Assembly: GCA_009602725.1 (NCBI GenBank)
Contig: WELB01000026.1
Coordinates: 669,481 to 689,480 of the forward strand
Length of the DNA stretch: 20,000 nucleotides
From: Spirogloea muscicola
Lineage: Eukaryota
Direction: 5' to 3'
Part shown: one piece after another, positions 1-12,172 of the stretch
Layout: every line of letters begins with the position of its first letter
Position numbering within the stretch: position 1 is the stretch's first letter
Made by a program: the position numbers and the translations under genes
Notes under the pieces: generated by a model
Database searches by the model: none
What the model was told of the DNA's origin: nothing
What the model saw: only the letters and a program-made list of their open reading frames with translations

Positions 1-650
1 ACTCACGTGGCTATGAATGGTAGCCACTTGTTCTGCTGTGTACTTTGTGCTCTTGTGTCGGGCATACCTTAGATCTTGTTTACCAATTTGGGCTGGCCTT
101 TCATGGCCACCCTTACGAAAAAGCCTTTCGCTTTAGAGTGACAGCCTAAACCCAGTCTTGCATGTGCCAACCCCGAGGACTAGTGGGCGGGGTACATGAG
201 CTTGGCCACCACGTTGAAGCGGTACACGAGCTCTGCATGTCCTATCTTGGCAGTGTACAACGACAACACATGCAGATGACAGTGCTCGCATCAAAGACGA
301 AGCAGGGCGAGAAGGTCTTATTGAGCACAGGGCACGTGGAATCATGCACATGCACTCAAAGATCTGCCTGCTGTCATGATTTCATACATGATGCAGTTGC
401 ACTCATGCTAACTATGTGTAGTGCATCCTGGCCTTCATGACCCCTTCGGAGCCAATAGCTGCCGATGTATTCTGAAGGTAAGTGGAAAGGGATACCGATT
501 TAGCAATCTGCTGCTTTCCATTCGCCTGGAAAGGGTATGACTTCCCCAAGAGATGTTTGTGAATGCCAAACCTTGCAAACTTGACCCATGCTAGTAGAAT
601 GAGGAAGTGTGCCACATTTTGACAAGAGCTGGATTGTTCACCTTCAAATG

Positions 651-3600
651 TCACTTCTTCCCCTCGTCGCTTTTACGAGTAACAGGCTTGCGTCCATATT
701 GGACAACCATAGGCTTGTCCTTCAGCAAGTAGCCATGTGTGGCAACCTGACACAAGCAAGGCCAATGATATTGAAGTCCTAATATTGTCCAATATCAATC
801 AGCTATCTCGTATGTAGCTTGGACTTTTAGACTTACGTGCAAACGGCCATTGTTGCTTGTATTACAACTGCATACAATGCCAGTCTGCTGCTTGGACTAT
901 TGTGCATGAATCTACCTTATGTGTAGTTTTACAGTAAGAGGAGCAGTATGTACCACTTACCAGAGCTTTTTGAGCCAGGTTGAGGGCTGGGAAGGTCACA
1001 AAAGCTTGCCCACGCATACGACCCTCCTGAGTCAGGCACATGGAGTACTTCCTGAATTAGTGTCTGGGTGTTCTACGTTCAAGTCTACGTTACATCAGAG
1101 ACAATATCCGTCTAACGAGATTTCTAGTTCAGAAAGGTTGCAACCTGACGAACTTCTGCATTGCATCAGTGATCGAACCCCAATGTGGCCCCACGTTTAT
1201 GTCAAAGATCGTGTAAATGTGATGCAATGTTATGCATAATCAGGTCTTTGCAAGTAACCTGCATTAGCTTCACGCCAAGCTCTTTGTTGGCAGTCTCTTC
1301 TGATCCCACAAAAGGACCTGCTCCAGAACATTGCGTCCTTGCTGTGAGCCATGCTTGCATCACATCACATACTTCAGTGGCACTCATCAAGTTTAAGAGC
1401 CGATAAGTCCTGCTAAAAGCATAGACTTGGGAGTCAAGGGTTTGTCATGAGGTGCTTGCCATAGATATGCCGCAAATCCTCTTGTGTGACATCCTTGGCC
1501 AGGTTCTTGATGTAAAGGACGTCCGAAGGCTCTCCCACTGAGTAATTCTGGACATGGAGGTGATTGACGCGTTGCTTTGGGTCATTGCCAAGCGTGCTGA
1601 GGCTGCCTACCGGCCCCTAATACAGGAGTTCTGTATAGTGCATCACACAGTGCTTGACTGAAGGTTCAGGTGGACGAACTAGGTGACCCAAAAGTATAGG
1701 TAATCTGGACTAAATTGGGGTTCTGCTTGGCCAAGCCAGACGGTCAACACATGCACCTTGAACATGGGCATGGCTAGGATCTCCTCGGGCGACAGCTTGC
1801 TCTTCTGGATCTCCTCAATGACAGCCAACTCAGAGTTCTGCTTCCGAGCGGCTCTTGTCTCCTCACCTGCTCCTGTTCGTTGTGCTGGAGCAAGCTTCGA
1901 CCCTAACTTTATCTGAAGCACATCCTCAGATCAGAATGTCAGTGCACACAGTCACCTGAATTATACACGGCTTCATTGAAGACAGAAGTTTGAGCAACTA
2001 TCATGGGTGTACGACAAGCTTCGAGGTCCCCCAGACTGTGTAGCACAGTCAATCTGTCTGCAGGTCTTATGTTAACAGCTAGAATGCTCGTACTTGGATG
2101 ACGGGGGCATTCTTCTTGATGACGGAAGTAGGCTTGGCCACGTCCTTCAGTGGGGGCAAGCTTGTCACGGAGACCCTGGCTTTCTTCCTTGGCCTCATGC
2201 CGGATGTAAGGGCATCCTCTCCTTCTCCTTCCCTCACCTGGTCGCGTGCATTGACTTAGACAATCAGTCTCAAAATATTTCAGTGAGAGGTTTATGCACA
2301 GTCCTGAGTCACAATTGCCAGTTGCCAATTTTCGACATGGCTCGCATTGGAGTAGAATGGGTCTGGTTCGCCAGCAGACCTCCTCATCAGACTCAAGCTC
2401 CGACTCGCCGTCGGAAAGGTCAGGAGCCGCTTGAGCAGTCAGGGGAGGAGAAGAAGGAGGGGCTGGAGGCGGGGCAGCTGAGGGGAATGGAGGAGTGGGG
2501 ACGGCCGGCCGGAATGGTGCAGGAAGATTCATCTTGTTCATAAGATGGAGCACCTGCCACAGGCACACACACCAAGCAAGGACTCAGCTTGAACATAACA
2601 AGGTTAACCACAAAAATGTCAGTATGCAAGCTTTTCCATATCTGGCCATACCCAAGAAGCCAGACAACAATCCCAGTCTCCAGTCAAGCGGATGATGCCA
2701 GAAGACTTGACAAGTGAGAGCTCCATGCGAGAAACAGGCAGTAAGAAGGATGCACATCTTCATGCCTTGTAGTGCAAGGTCAAGCGAGGCAAAGCGGAGC
2801 CAGTGGAAGTTCCTGTGTGAAAGTGACTGCCGCCCCAGAGCAAAGGAGTATGGCAAAGGAACGTGGGCAAGGCCAGCCTGCCTGCGTGTAGAGCCGTGGC
2901 ACCGCGATGAGCGCACTCGTGATGTTGCTGAGGATGTTGCTGTCTGGCGGAGGGTAGGCATACCTGCCAATATGCCGCAACAGAAGCCAGCACCCGTGTT
3001 TAGCCATAAGCATCAGCATCCTCCGCCGCTTCAACACAGACCTCACAACAGCATTGGACTACCAAATTGTATGAACATCAAACCACAAAACATCGATGAG
3101 TACTTGAGAGTAGGCAAGCTTGACTGCAGGAAAGAAACTAAAGCTCAGCAAGCACTCTGTACTCTTCACACCATGGCGACAGTCCATAACTGACGGATAG
3201 AGCATGGAACGAACTCCAAGTCAGGTGGGAACGGGTAGTCGACGCCGAGCGAGGGAGCAATTGGCTCGCCAGGAGGTGGAGGCTTTGCCGCATAGCTTCC
3301 CGGCAGCATGGTCGGTACAGGGGTGGGACCACGTAGGACAGGTCTGAGATTGAAGCTGGCAGTGGACCGCAGCTCGGTGGGACTGGCGAGGTACGGGCTC
3401 TGAAATGCCAGCCGTGGCGAGGAAGGTGGCGGGAAAGCGTGGAGCTCGAGAGAAGCGTCAGGTGGGGCGGCAGCTGCCTGCACAGCGATAGGTGCCGGTG
3501 CTGGAGTGGGGCCGCTGCTGCGGGCGCCTGACACCACCACGGCCTTGGCAGCGCTACCGCCGGCGAGCTCGGCCTTGGGCTCGGTCTCAGGCGCACGCCC

Positions 3601-4435
3601 GACCCACAGCGTCTTGTTCAGGAGCCGCAGCCTGAGGAGCGCCAACGAGGGTCAACCCCGCGACCAGTCCTAGCAGAAGCACTGACAGCTGGACCATAAG
3701 CATAACTCTGTGACACCGTCCCCTAAGCCCTGAGCCCTACTACCTGAATCTGGTTAAGTGGCATGTGGTGCTCGAGCAGCCGGTAAGAGCACTCGACCAC
3801 CAAAGTGCAGGCAAGCTCCGCGAAGACGGTGGGGGCAGACACCAAGCACAGAAGACGGGCTCATAGCCACACAGTCACGGTTGCAGCAGCACGGGCAGGA
3901 TGCTGCTGACGCAAAGACTTGCTGTGATCGTTGATCTAAGGTGGCGACTGCGAAGTCGGTCTCAACTCCCAGTGACAGGCAGTGGCAGGACTGTGTGTTT
4001 GTGCAAATCTTGCTGCTATCTATGAAGTCAAGGGCTTGCTGTTTTCCTGTGGAGGTACTGGCTGAACTGTGCACCTGTGGAGCTGCGCCTGTGCCCGTAC
4101 GGCGGCGGCCTCGTCGGCAAAGTCGACGTAGGCGCAGTTTTTCAGCCTGCAGTGCAGCAGCAGCCGCCGCAGCCGCCCCAGCCGCCGCACAGGCCCCTGT
4201 CAGCCTCTGGCATCCCAACTGTGCAGTGGCATGGCCGTCCATCACCAAGGGCATCCACGAGACTTCGTCTACGCTCCGACCTGCCAAGCGAGCAGGGCCG
4301 GACGACTGCAGCGCCATAGTGCGCGAGCAGGCGCTGCAGCGTCTCGGGCTGCACTGTGTCGGGGATATGCTTCACGAGCAGCGTTGCTGCAGTAGCAGCT
4401 GCGCGGCCGCTCGGCGTGCTAGGAGGCTCCACCAT
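651..4435 (-). CDS. RNPC3: U11/U12 snRNP 65 kDa protein (two-RRM minor-spliceosome protein), 11 exons, ~502 aa
   Basis: Hand-built exons (minus): 4281-4435, 4075-4146, 3215-3631, 2882-2963, 2380-2553, 2094-2237, 1757-1912, 1460-1547, 1259-1317, 961-1026, 651-746. All phases are consistent (1509 nt, TGA at 651-653). RRM1: TLLVKHIP...LKNCAYVDF...LRLLNKTLWVGRA. Central block: YAYPPPDSNILSNITSALIAVPRLYTQ|VLHLMNKMNLPAPF. RRM2: GEPSDVLYIKNLAKDV...LMQEGRMRGQAFVTFP...HGYLLKDKPMVVQYGR. These match the plant 65K family as recalled. Confidence 0.95.
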
Positions 4436-5291
4436 GGCGACTCCTTGGCAGCTCACGGCCGGCGCGTCAGCGACGAGGACTCAGTTGCCGCCCTCAGGCT
4501 CTGGCACTGGCGGAACGGCTCAGCGCCGTCGCCCGTCGCCCTGACCGCACGCCAAAACATTCGGCCACCATTTCGGGCTTCCGGCTGTCGCCTTGCGCTC
4601 TCTTGCACATGTCCACGACGCTGCTGGCCCCGTCCACCGCGTGACCAGGTGGGAGGGCAGCAAGCAGTGGCGTCATCGCCCTCCAGCACCCCACAGGCGG
4701 AGCATGGAGCGGGCGAGCATCAGGAACAGGCCTGTGGATGGATGCAAGCGTGTGCCGCTGCGAGGTGGGCGTTTCACAAATAAGATAAGGAGGCACGACC
4801 GCAGTGCGCGATGGCGAAGTCCTGCTCTGTGCCAATGCTCGAATGCAGCGGGTGGGCTTCAGTGACTGAGGACTGGCCAAGGGGACGAGGCAAGGAGGCG
4901 AGGTGCGGGGACGAGGGAGACTGTATCAGGAGAGAGACAGGAATGTGCTGAGGAGAGGGAGGCAGGATTACTGGGATGAGATGACAGAGGGGAGTTGGGA
5001 CCGAGGAAGACTGGACGACAGAGAGAGGGGGGAGAGGGGATGAGAGGGAGAGACGAGGGAGAGGGCGAGAGGTGGGGAAGGAGGTGTGCAGCGGCCGCAG
5101 CTTGCGCCAGCTCCCAGACGCTGCCAGTCGTCCTCCCACGGCAGAGCCTTGCCCCGCCTTGCCGAGCCTTGCCGCGCCACCGTCCAGCAGGCGTCGAGCC
5201 GCCTGGGCTTGTGGGCCACTGGCGACTGCCGTCGTGCCAGTGGCAGCGCCTGCCGCAGCCGTGGGGGCCCCTCTGGCCGGCCGCGTCGCCC
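4436..5291. promoter_or_regulatory. Divergent intergenic/5'UTR region between RNPC3 and SURF1, probable bidirectional promoter
   Basis: 856 bp, GC/CpG-rich, between the minus-strand ATG at 4435 and the plus-strand ATG at 5292. Transcription starts cannot be located from sequence. Confidence 0.55.
4879..5084. repeat. Purine (GA)-rich low-complexity tract
   Basis: Plus strand dominated by G/A, e.g. gagagagggggagagggatgagagggagagacgaggga-like runs. Confidence 0.7.
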
Positions 5292-7789
5292 ATGGCTCTG
5301 GCAGCCGCCCTTGCGGCAGCCGCTCGGCAGCTCAGACGATCCACTGCTGCCGTCTCGAGGCCGTCCCTCTGGAGCTCCATTGACGGCGCCCCTTGTGGAA
5401 GCCCCGTCCAGCGACTCTCCACCGCTGCTTCTGTGCACACGCCGCCAGGTGAGACTACTGCCGCAGCGACATCCGGGCGCGTGTCTCAGGCAAGCTGGGT
5501 CAGCGATGCTTCCTGCGGCCTCCGCTGGCCCTTGCGGCGGGCGGGAGCACGGTGAGCACTATGAGGGGTCCAGCTTAGAGCTTCACAGATGGCCGCCGAG
5601 CCTGGCCGAGCTGCTCGACGACCAACATCAGCAGCAAGAGGCACTGCGGAGCAGGTTGACGGGTCCGTCTGTGGAGTTACGTCAGCATGGGTTGAGGGTG
5701 TAGCGTGAGCTACTTACGTGTTGTGGATGACAGAGCGCCCACCACAGACAAATGAGCTGAGGCGACAGCGAGCCTGTGCCTTGTGTCGTCCCCTTGTTCA
5801 GCCCCCACCTGTGCTACTTTAGTTCACAGCTTATGACAGGCAAAATTGCGCTTGTAACCCACAGAAACACTGGTGGGTGCGGTACCAGGCGCAGAGAGGC
5901 GGCCTCCTGGGTGGTCCATCCTTGTGCTGCTCCTGCCCCCTGCTGCTGCGTTCGGCCTTGGCACGTGGCAGCTTAAGCGGCGGCAGCAGAAGGTCTTGCC
6001 TCTCCTGAACCTCAACGACCTCAGTCCATTAGAGCTCTGCTTTGTGACAGCCGTCTACTCGATTGTTCTTGTATGCCACTCTGGAAATTTCAGCCAACGT
6101 AGTGCAGAGGTTGTGCTTATGTATGTAGTTGCTCCACAAAGTAAAGTGTGCAAAGGATCAAAAGCCGACATGCGGTGTTGGCTTGAGCAGCTTCGTTGGT
6201 CCAGTGCAAGGACTGCTCTTGCACTGAAGCTCCCGCTTTGCAGCAGTTTTTTTCCAAAAAGCTGCACGCAATCTGCTAGTGGAAGTCCAATATGATGCCT
6301 TCTTGATCCTAAAGCTGCAGTCAGAGATGTGCATTGCTTGAGCAGGTGGACCTTCTCCAGCAACGTGAGCAGCGGCTACAAGAGGAGCCAGTGCCCCTGA
6401 CTCTGGAGCTGAAGCTTGCTGCCAGCAGCAGCCAGCACGTGGGAGCCAGCCCATTTGAGTATCGGAGGGTGGTCTGCGAGGGCATGCTCGACGAGGCACG
6501 ATCACTGTTTGTCGGGCCACGGGGGCGCAGCGTCGGCGGCATCACCGAGAAGGGCTACTATCTCATCACGCCGGTCATCCCCGCCGCTGAAAACGGCCTG
6601 TGGTAGAAGCTCCAGGTCCTCAGCTCGCTTGCGGCGTGCAGCATCAAAGACTTCCGCAGTGCCGCCTAGACTTAAGCTCTGCAGGTCGATGTTGGTATGT
6701 GAACGATGGGGATGACTTTAGGGATTAGTTTGATGTGTAACCCAACAGCCATGACCACTGTTTTCAATGGCGGTGCAGCTCGCGGCCACCGGTCCTCGTC
6801 AACAGGGGCTGGGTGACTGAGGCATGGAGGAGGGAGCATGACCACAACCAGGGCGTCGATCAAGATGCGGCCGTGCCGGGGCGCACCTTGACGGCCAGTC
6901 CATCGGGCTCTGTCTCTGTTGTTAAAGGCGATAATGGGCACCAAAGGAGCTGGTGGCACTTCTGGAGCAGCGGACATGAAGCTACAAGCGCTGCGGTGGA
7001 GGTGTGTGCCCACTGTAGCAGCAAAGCCGGTGGCAGGCATTGACAGCCCGCTGCACACGGAGAAACCACTGCGAAAGAAGTTTTGTGGTAACACGACAAT
7101 GGGTTGTGCTGGCTGGGCAGGGCACGGCACCGCCACCTGTGACGAGGATCTGTGGCATTGTACGCTCGAGCGAGCAGCCGAGCGCCTTTGTGCCGGCAAA
7201 TGTGCCGACCGCCGGGCAGTGGTTCTATTTGGACGTACCTGCCATGGCAGCCGCCTGCGGCCTGCCACCGGGCACGCTACTAGTGGACGCAATCAGAGAT
7301 GGTGGCGCCTTGGAGGCGACGTTGCAAGGGTCGCCGATTCCCAAGGACCCATCGGAGCTCGTTCGGCAGTCTGTGATGCCACAGGACCATCTCAACTATA
7401 CTCTCACCTGGTAGGACAACGGCGGTGCATCACATAATAGAGTCGTCAAAGCTTGCTTATATGTAAGCCGTGGCCCGCCTCAGTGAATTCAGGAAGTGAT
7501 TTGAGCGTGGCCTCTCCATCTCACACTACCTGCCTTCCTTTACTTAATCGCTAGCACAGTGGTTGTAGTTGGACACTGCTTGGAGTTGGACTGGTATTGC
7601 ATAGGATGTCGAATCCAAGACCCTTTACGCATGGGCCATGGTTCAGCCGTATCTGAGAAAGTCATGTGTATGAGCCTTTCCTTGAGAATGCACAGGTACA
7701 CTCTCTCAGCAGCCACGGCCTACATTGCATATCGGCGGCTACATATGGTGCGGGCGCCCATGATGACCAAGGGAAAGCGACAGCAATGA
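5292..7789 (+). CDS. SURF1: SURF1/Shy1 cytochrome c oxidase assembly protein, 6 exons, ~382 aa
   Basis: Exons 5292-5448, 5865-5992, 6346-6602, 6779-7001, 7121-7410, 7696-7789; all GT-AG and phase-consistent (1149 nt). Ala/Arg/Ser-rich transit-peptide-like N-terminus; FGLGTWQLKRRQQK; EYRRVVCEG...FVGPRGRS...GYYLITP; VLVNRGWV; FVPANVP...WFYLDVPAMA; HLNYTLTWYTLSAAT. Confidence 0.95.
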
Positions 7790-9157
7790 GCTCGGCTGCA
7801 TCCACGTACTTATGGGAGGAGATGCTTACATGTCTATGTTCTCTTCAATGTCATACCAGCACACCAGATGCTTAGGCCCCTGATGGCTGCATCGGCCACC
7901 GTGAGCTTGTCAACAATGCCCGCTCGTTCTGGAAAGAAAATTTCTTCTTGGCACCAGCTGTAATAAGCAGCAGGCGGTTTGCTTCTGCATGCCTGTAAAG
8001 GGGGCAGCAGCAATTATGCAACCTCAGTATTGTTCTGCCTCAGTGGCTCACGCTTACAGATTGCTTGTGTTGGCTAGAAGGCATAAGATACCAGATGCTT
8101 GCTGCAATCTGGCATAGCCTGTGACTGCCATCCTGACATGTTATCAGCCAGCCACATTCCCAAGTTGGAGCCAAAGGCAGGAGGGCCCTCTAGCGTACAC
8201 CAACCCACTGGGAAAGATGTGGTAAAGGTGAACAATGTATTCTGTTGGCCTGCCAGACTGTTGTTGGCCCAGGCGAGCATTGGCAGGCTCCATGGTCTTG
8301 TATGTATGTGTTGTTGCCTTCTCAGTCTACCTTGCGCGTCATAGTATCAAGGAGGCTAGGGAGTGGTGCCTAAAGCCTGGCTTCAGTTGAAGGATTGTCG
8401 CAGTATGAGGGATGTTGCAGCTAGAATGCTGTAGGGGACATATTAGCGTTCTGAACGCTCGTGCAATTACTATGGACATTTATGAATGACAGTGCCTTGC
8501 AAGGACTGATTCTTAGCAGTTAGTCCCATAGCCAGGGAACGCCTCACTCAGCTAGGGAATGCCCCCAGCTTTATCAGGCCAAGTACTGCGAGGAGGCCAG
8601 TGATTACGGCCTCAAGTGAAGGACGGCGTCAGATAAGTTATGGTCGCTGCAATCATTCTGTGATGGCCTTGTCGTCCAATAGTAGCCTCTGCACTTCATA
8701 CTACTGCTGTTGTACTTTGATGAAGCGGATTGTCAGACATAAGTTGGTGGTACTAGCATCTTCTAATTGTTCCTGACATGCAAGCAGGAAATGCACTTAA
8801 GCTTGCAATGCGATGATGTGCTCTTGTAGTGGAAAACTGCATGCCAAATATGGCCGGCACAGAAAACTACTTCAAATTACCGTGTTGAAGTAACCATTGT
8901 TAACCTTGGAGGCTTCACGGCCTTCGAGAAGCACCTCACCTCGTGTAAAAAGGTCACCTCTCATTAGCAGGGTTGAGTAGGAAACTTTTAGCTGTGCCAG
9001 AGGTACACTGAAGCTGATGGACATCACAAAGCGGCATAAAGGGCCATGCGGCACCACTTACAAGGGTGTACTGCTGCTGGCAAGCGCAGCGCCCAGGAAG
9101 GGCAACGGCAAGGGCCTAATGTGCCGATTGGTGGTAGCTGCTGCAGGCAGGCTTTGC

Positions 9158-9221
9158 AGAAGAAGTGGCTCTCCCAATGGGGGCAAGGGCTGTGAGAAGC
9201 CAGCCCGAAAAGAATTGACAA
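9158..9221 (+). repeat. 64-bp dispersed repeat, identical to 19812-19875, flanked by an 8-bp direct repeat (TTTGCAGA)
   Basis: agaagaagtggctctcccaatgggggcaagggctgtgagaagccagcccgaaaagaattgacaa occurs at both loci. TTTGCAGA lies at 9153-9160 and 9223-9230. Confidence 0.9.
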
Positions 9222-9458
9222 ATTTGCAGAGGCTGCAGCGGTAGAGCTGATGTCAATTTGTGGCTTTCACGAGGTGTCATATGCACTGCGCGAGGGTACC
9301 ATCCTTCGAGGTCTTCTGTGTTTCAGAGCTTTCCGGCTTCCAGGAGCCTAGCTTCTCTGACCTGAGGCTGCTTAGCAGGGGTTACTGAGTAACACGTAGC
9401 TGCTTTGTTTCTTGTTGTGCTTGCTTTTCTTAGCGCTTCCCCTAGCCCCCTTCCTTTG

Positions 9459-9612
9459 CCAGCCCCTCTTCTCTATGGGCGAGCACTTTCTTGCTTGCTT
9501 TTCCAGCCCATATCCCCAAATGGGCGAGCCCTTTCTTTCCGGCTTCGGACCTTGTCCGTTCTTTCGTGCTGGCTTCTTCAGCCCTCGCCCCCGTTGGATG
9601 AGCTTACTTCCC
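9459..9612 (-). repeat. Diverged reverse-orientation copies of the same repeat family
   Basis: 9552-9610 (ttgtccgttctttcgtgctggcttcttcagccctcgcccccgttggatgagc...) aligns with the reverse complement of the 64-mer. 9459-9494 and 9503-9540 repeat its cagccc...tgggcgagc.ctttctt half. Confidence 0.65.
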
Positions 9613-9766
9613 GCTTGCTGTTCGGTATTCGGGCGTCAGTTAGCGACGTCTACGTGCAGCACGGGTCCCCACTTGTTGCGCCGCGGCGTCGAGCCCGGCG
9701 CCTCACCTTGCGCTCGCCTGCAGACCAGGCAGCTCCAGCAGTCCGCCGCAAGCGGCGCCAGCGACC

Positions 9767-12172
9767 ATGGCGGCGGCGGGCGGCGGCGACGGCCGCGGCG
9801 GCGCGGAGGCGTGGCTGCGGGGCCGGCTGCTGGCGCTGGCGGAGGCCGGTGGCGGCGGCGGGCTGGACACCGACATGGCCGGCAGCCTGGCGGCCTACTG
9901 CGCCGCCGCCACGCCCGAGCAGGCCGCCGAGTACCTCCTGGTGAGCTCCCCCAACCGCTCCACTTCCCTCGCCGCGGTGCCACCGGGCGGAATCGAACCC
10001 TGGTGCTCAGATTCCAAAAGTCGAGTCCAAGCACAAGCGACCGCAGCTGCGTCGCCTGTAGTCGTGGATGGTCTCTTCCAGTTCACATTCCTGCCACCTG
10101 AGATCGATTCTCTGAACCCAACTTACCTCGTGGCAAATCTTGACCTCGGAAGCACTGGCGGCACTGCTGGGCCCCCCGCAGAACATCGTTGGGGACAGCG
10201 ACGCGACGCGGGCGATCACCGCCGAGTACGCCGCCAATTGGGCGCCGGCGTCTGCGCCCAGTGGCGGCGCCAGTGGCGGCGGCAACGGCAGCAGGATGCG
10301 TGCGTACGTCAAGCCCCGTGAGGAGGGCGACTACATGGTCGCAGGGCGCAAGGCTCGGGACAGCTCCAGCGGCACTGGCGTCAAGGCGACGGTGCCGCCG
10401 CTGGTGATAGCCGGCGCTGGCGCAGCTAGCGGCAGCGCGAAGAAGACCCGCAGAGGCCGCGCTGTAGAGCTGGCGGAGCTGGGCGCCGGCCGCGCGCTGC
10501 TGCCGCGCCACGGCCCCTGCGAGTGCCAGGCATCGCGACACCGCCTGGTCGCCAATTGCCTCTCCTGCGGCCGTATAGTGTGTGAGCAGGTCGAGCTCCA
10601 CCCCCCCATCTCCTCTTGGCGTCAACCAGGACGGTCTGACGCCAGAAGGAAACCTAAACCCTAAGCCCTAAACCCCTAACCCCTAAAAGCCAAACCCAAA
10701 ACCTTTGAGCCTGACTTTGATCCATACTGGGAGTAATGCAGAGCTCCACCGAAATGAAGCATGCTATCTGATTGTCTTTACGGCAGGAGGGCGAGGGCCC
10801 CTGCGAAACGTGTGGCGCGCTGGTGCTGCGTGATGGCAGTAGCTATGCTGGGTTGGATGAGCAGGCGCTCCTGCCCCCGGAGCTTGCAAATGAGGCAGAG
10901 GCCAAGGCAGTTGCCTTCAAGGTCGGGCTCTGTTGAGAAGTTGAGCGGCTCTCAGATAACATGAACGCATTGACATGTCTGTGAGGTTGATTACCATCTT
11001 CAAGTTGCAGCATGTCCACATCGATCACCCAGCACGCAGTGGATGTGGTTTGTAGCTTAATGGTTATATGGACCTGAAGTGGATGCCTTTGATACTATAT
11101 GGAGATAAATGGACACTTCTAGCGCAAAGCTTAAAATAGCAGCTCCAGATCTCATCTTAACGAGGATTTTGTGGCTTGTGGTCTACAGGATCGCCTAGTG
11201 GAGTATGACCGGACTGCGGCAAGGAGGACTGAAGTCATTGACGACCAGAGTGACTATTTCCAGATTGACAGCAACGCCTGGCTAAGTGAGGAGGTAAGGC
11301 AGCCCGACTCTCCAGCATGCTGCATCTCACAAGGGCTCCAGTAGAGGTTTGGATGTCACTGCCATACTTGGCTGGCAATTTGATTAAGTAGCCACAGCCT
11401 GGCCTCAAGCCTTTTGCAATCACCCTTGTATCACGAGTGCAGGAGAAGCTGCAGCTCCAGAAGCGCCAGGAAGACATGGAGCGCACTACGGAGGAGCGCA
11501 AGAAGCGCGTTGTTGTTACATTTGATCTCCTCGGACGGAAGGTGCTGTTTCCATGCTCAACAGAGCAGTGTGTGCATAGGCTCCATCTTCAGAGTCTAGC
11601 ACCGCGTATCTGTGATGGCGTGTCTCCCCTGCTTGTGGAAAGGCCTTTGGCTGTAGCGAGTCAGGGGTTGCAAGTTTCACCATTGAGGTGTACAATGAAG
11701 ATCTTGTAAATGCTACACTTCTTCTGGCATTGACATGGACTTGACATTACTGCAGTATTTGCATGATCAGCAAGAAGTGAGAAATATGGCTTCTGCTCTG
11801 CATGCGTGCCAGGTTGTGATGGCGGAATCTGAGCAACTGGGCGACGTAGCAGAAGAGGCGGCCCTGCTCAGCACAAGCACATCCAGCGGCGCCACTCAGG
11901 ATCTCAGCATGCGAGTGAAGCCGAGCTCAAGCCTCTGCATTCCACCTCCCATTTTCGTAGACGTGAAAGCTTTGGGCAAGTCTCATATACAGACCACCAA
12001 GGCTGAAGGTGCGGTCAAGAGCAGCGGTGCTGCTTCAGGGGTTGGGCGGGGCCCATCAAAAGCATCGTGGATGCGGGTTCAGCACGATGACCCCTTTGTG
12101 GAAGCAGTGGGTGTGATTTCACAGGAGGCCAGCCTTAGCAAAGTAGCAGGTGCTACTGCAGCCGAGGCATGA
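9767..12172 (+). CDS. TRIP4: Activating signal cointegrator 1 / RQT4 homologue with zf-C2HC5 zinc finger, 6 exons, ~426 aa
   Basis: Exons 9767-9940, 10182-10589, 10787-10921, 11189-11293, 11443-11541, 11813-12172; all phase-0 GT-AG (1281 nt). CECQASRHRLVANCLSCGRIVCEQ|EGEGPCETCG, DRLVEYDRTAARRTEVIDDQSDYF, VVVTFDLLGRKV, RVQHDD. No ASCH domain seen. Confidence 0.92.
10650..10703. repeat. Degenerate plant-type telomere-like (CCCTAAA)n tract in TRIP4 intron 2
   Basis: aaacctaaaccctaagccctaaacccctaacccctaaaagccaaacccaaaacc; includes an exact AAACCCTA telo-box. Confidence 0.75.

Noticed and set aside
484..539. Possible USSE (tandem U12-type 5' splice sites) downstream of the RNPC3 stop: minus-strand GTATCCCTTT and ATACCCTTT
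   Set aside because: Neither matches RTATCCTT exactly and they are ~43 nt apart rather than adjacent; unsupported without conservation data.
3754..5703. Several long overlapping ORFs (up to 280 aa) around the divergent promoter
   Set aside because: Stop-poor GC-rich, low-complexity sequence; only the modelled RNPC3 and SURF1 exons carry recognisable motifs.
7800..9150. Short ORFs (61-81 aa) between SURF1 and TRIP4
   Set aside because: No recognisable motif or consistent exon chain.
651..12172. U12-type introns in the three genes
   Set aside because: None of the 20 modelled donors has the RTATCCT signature.
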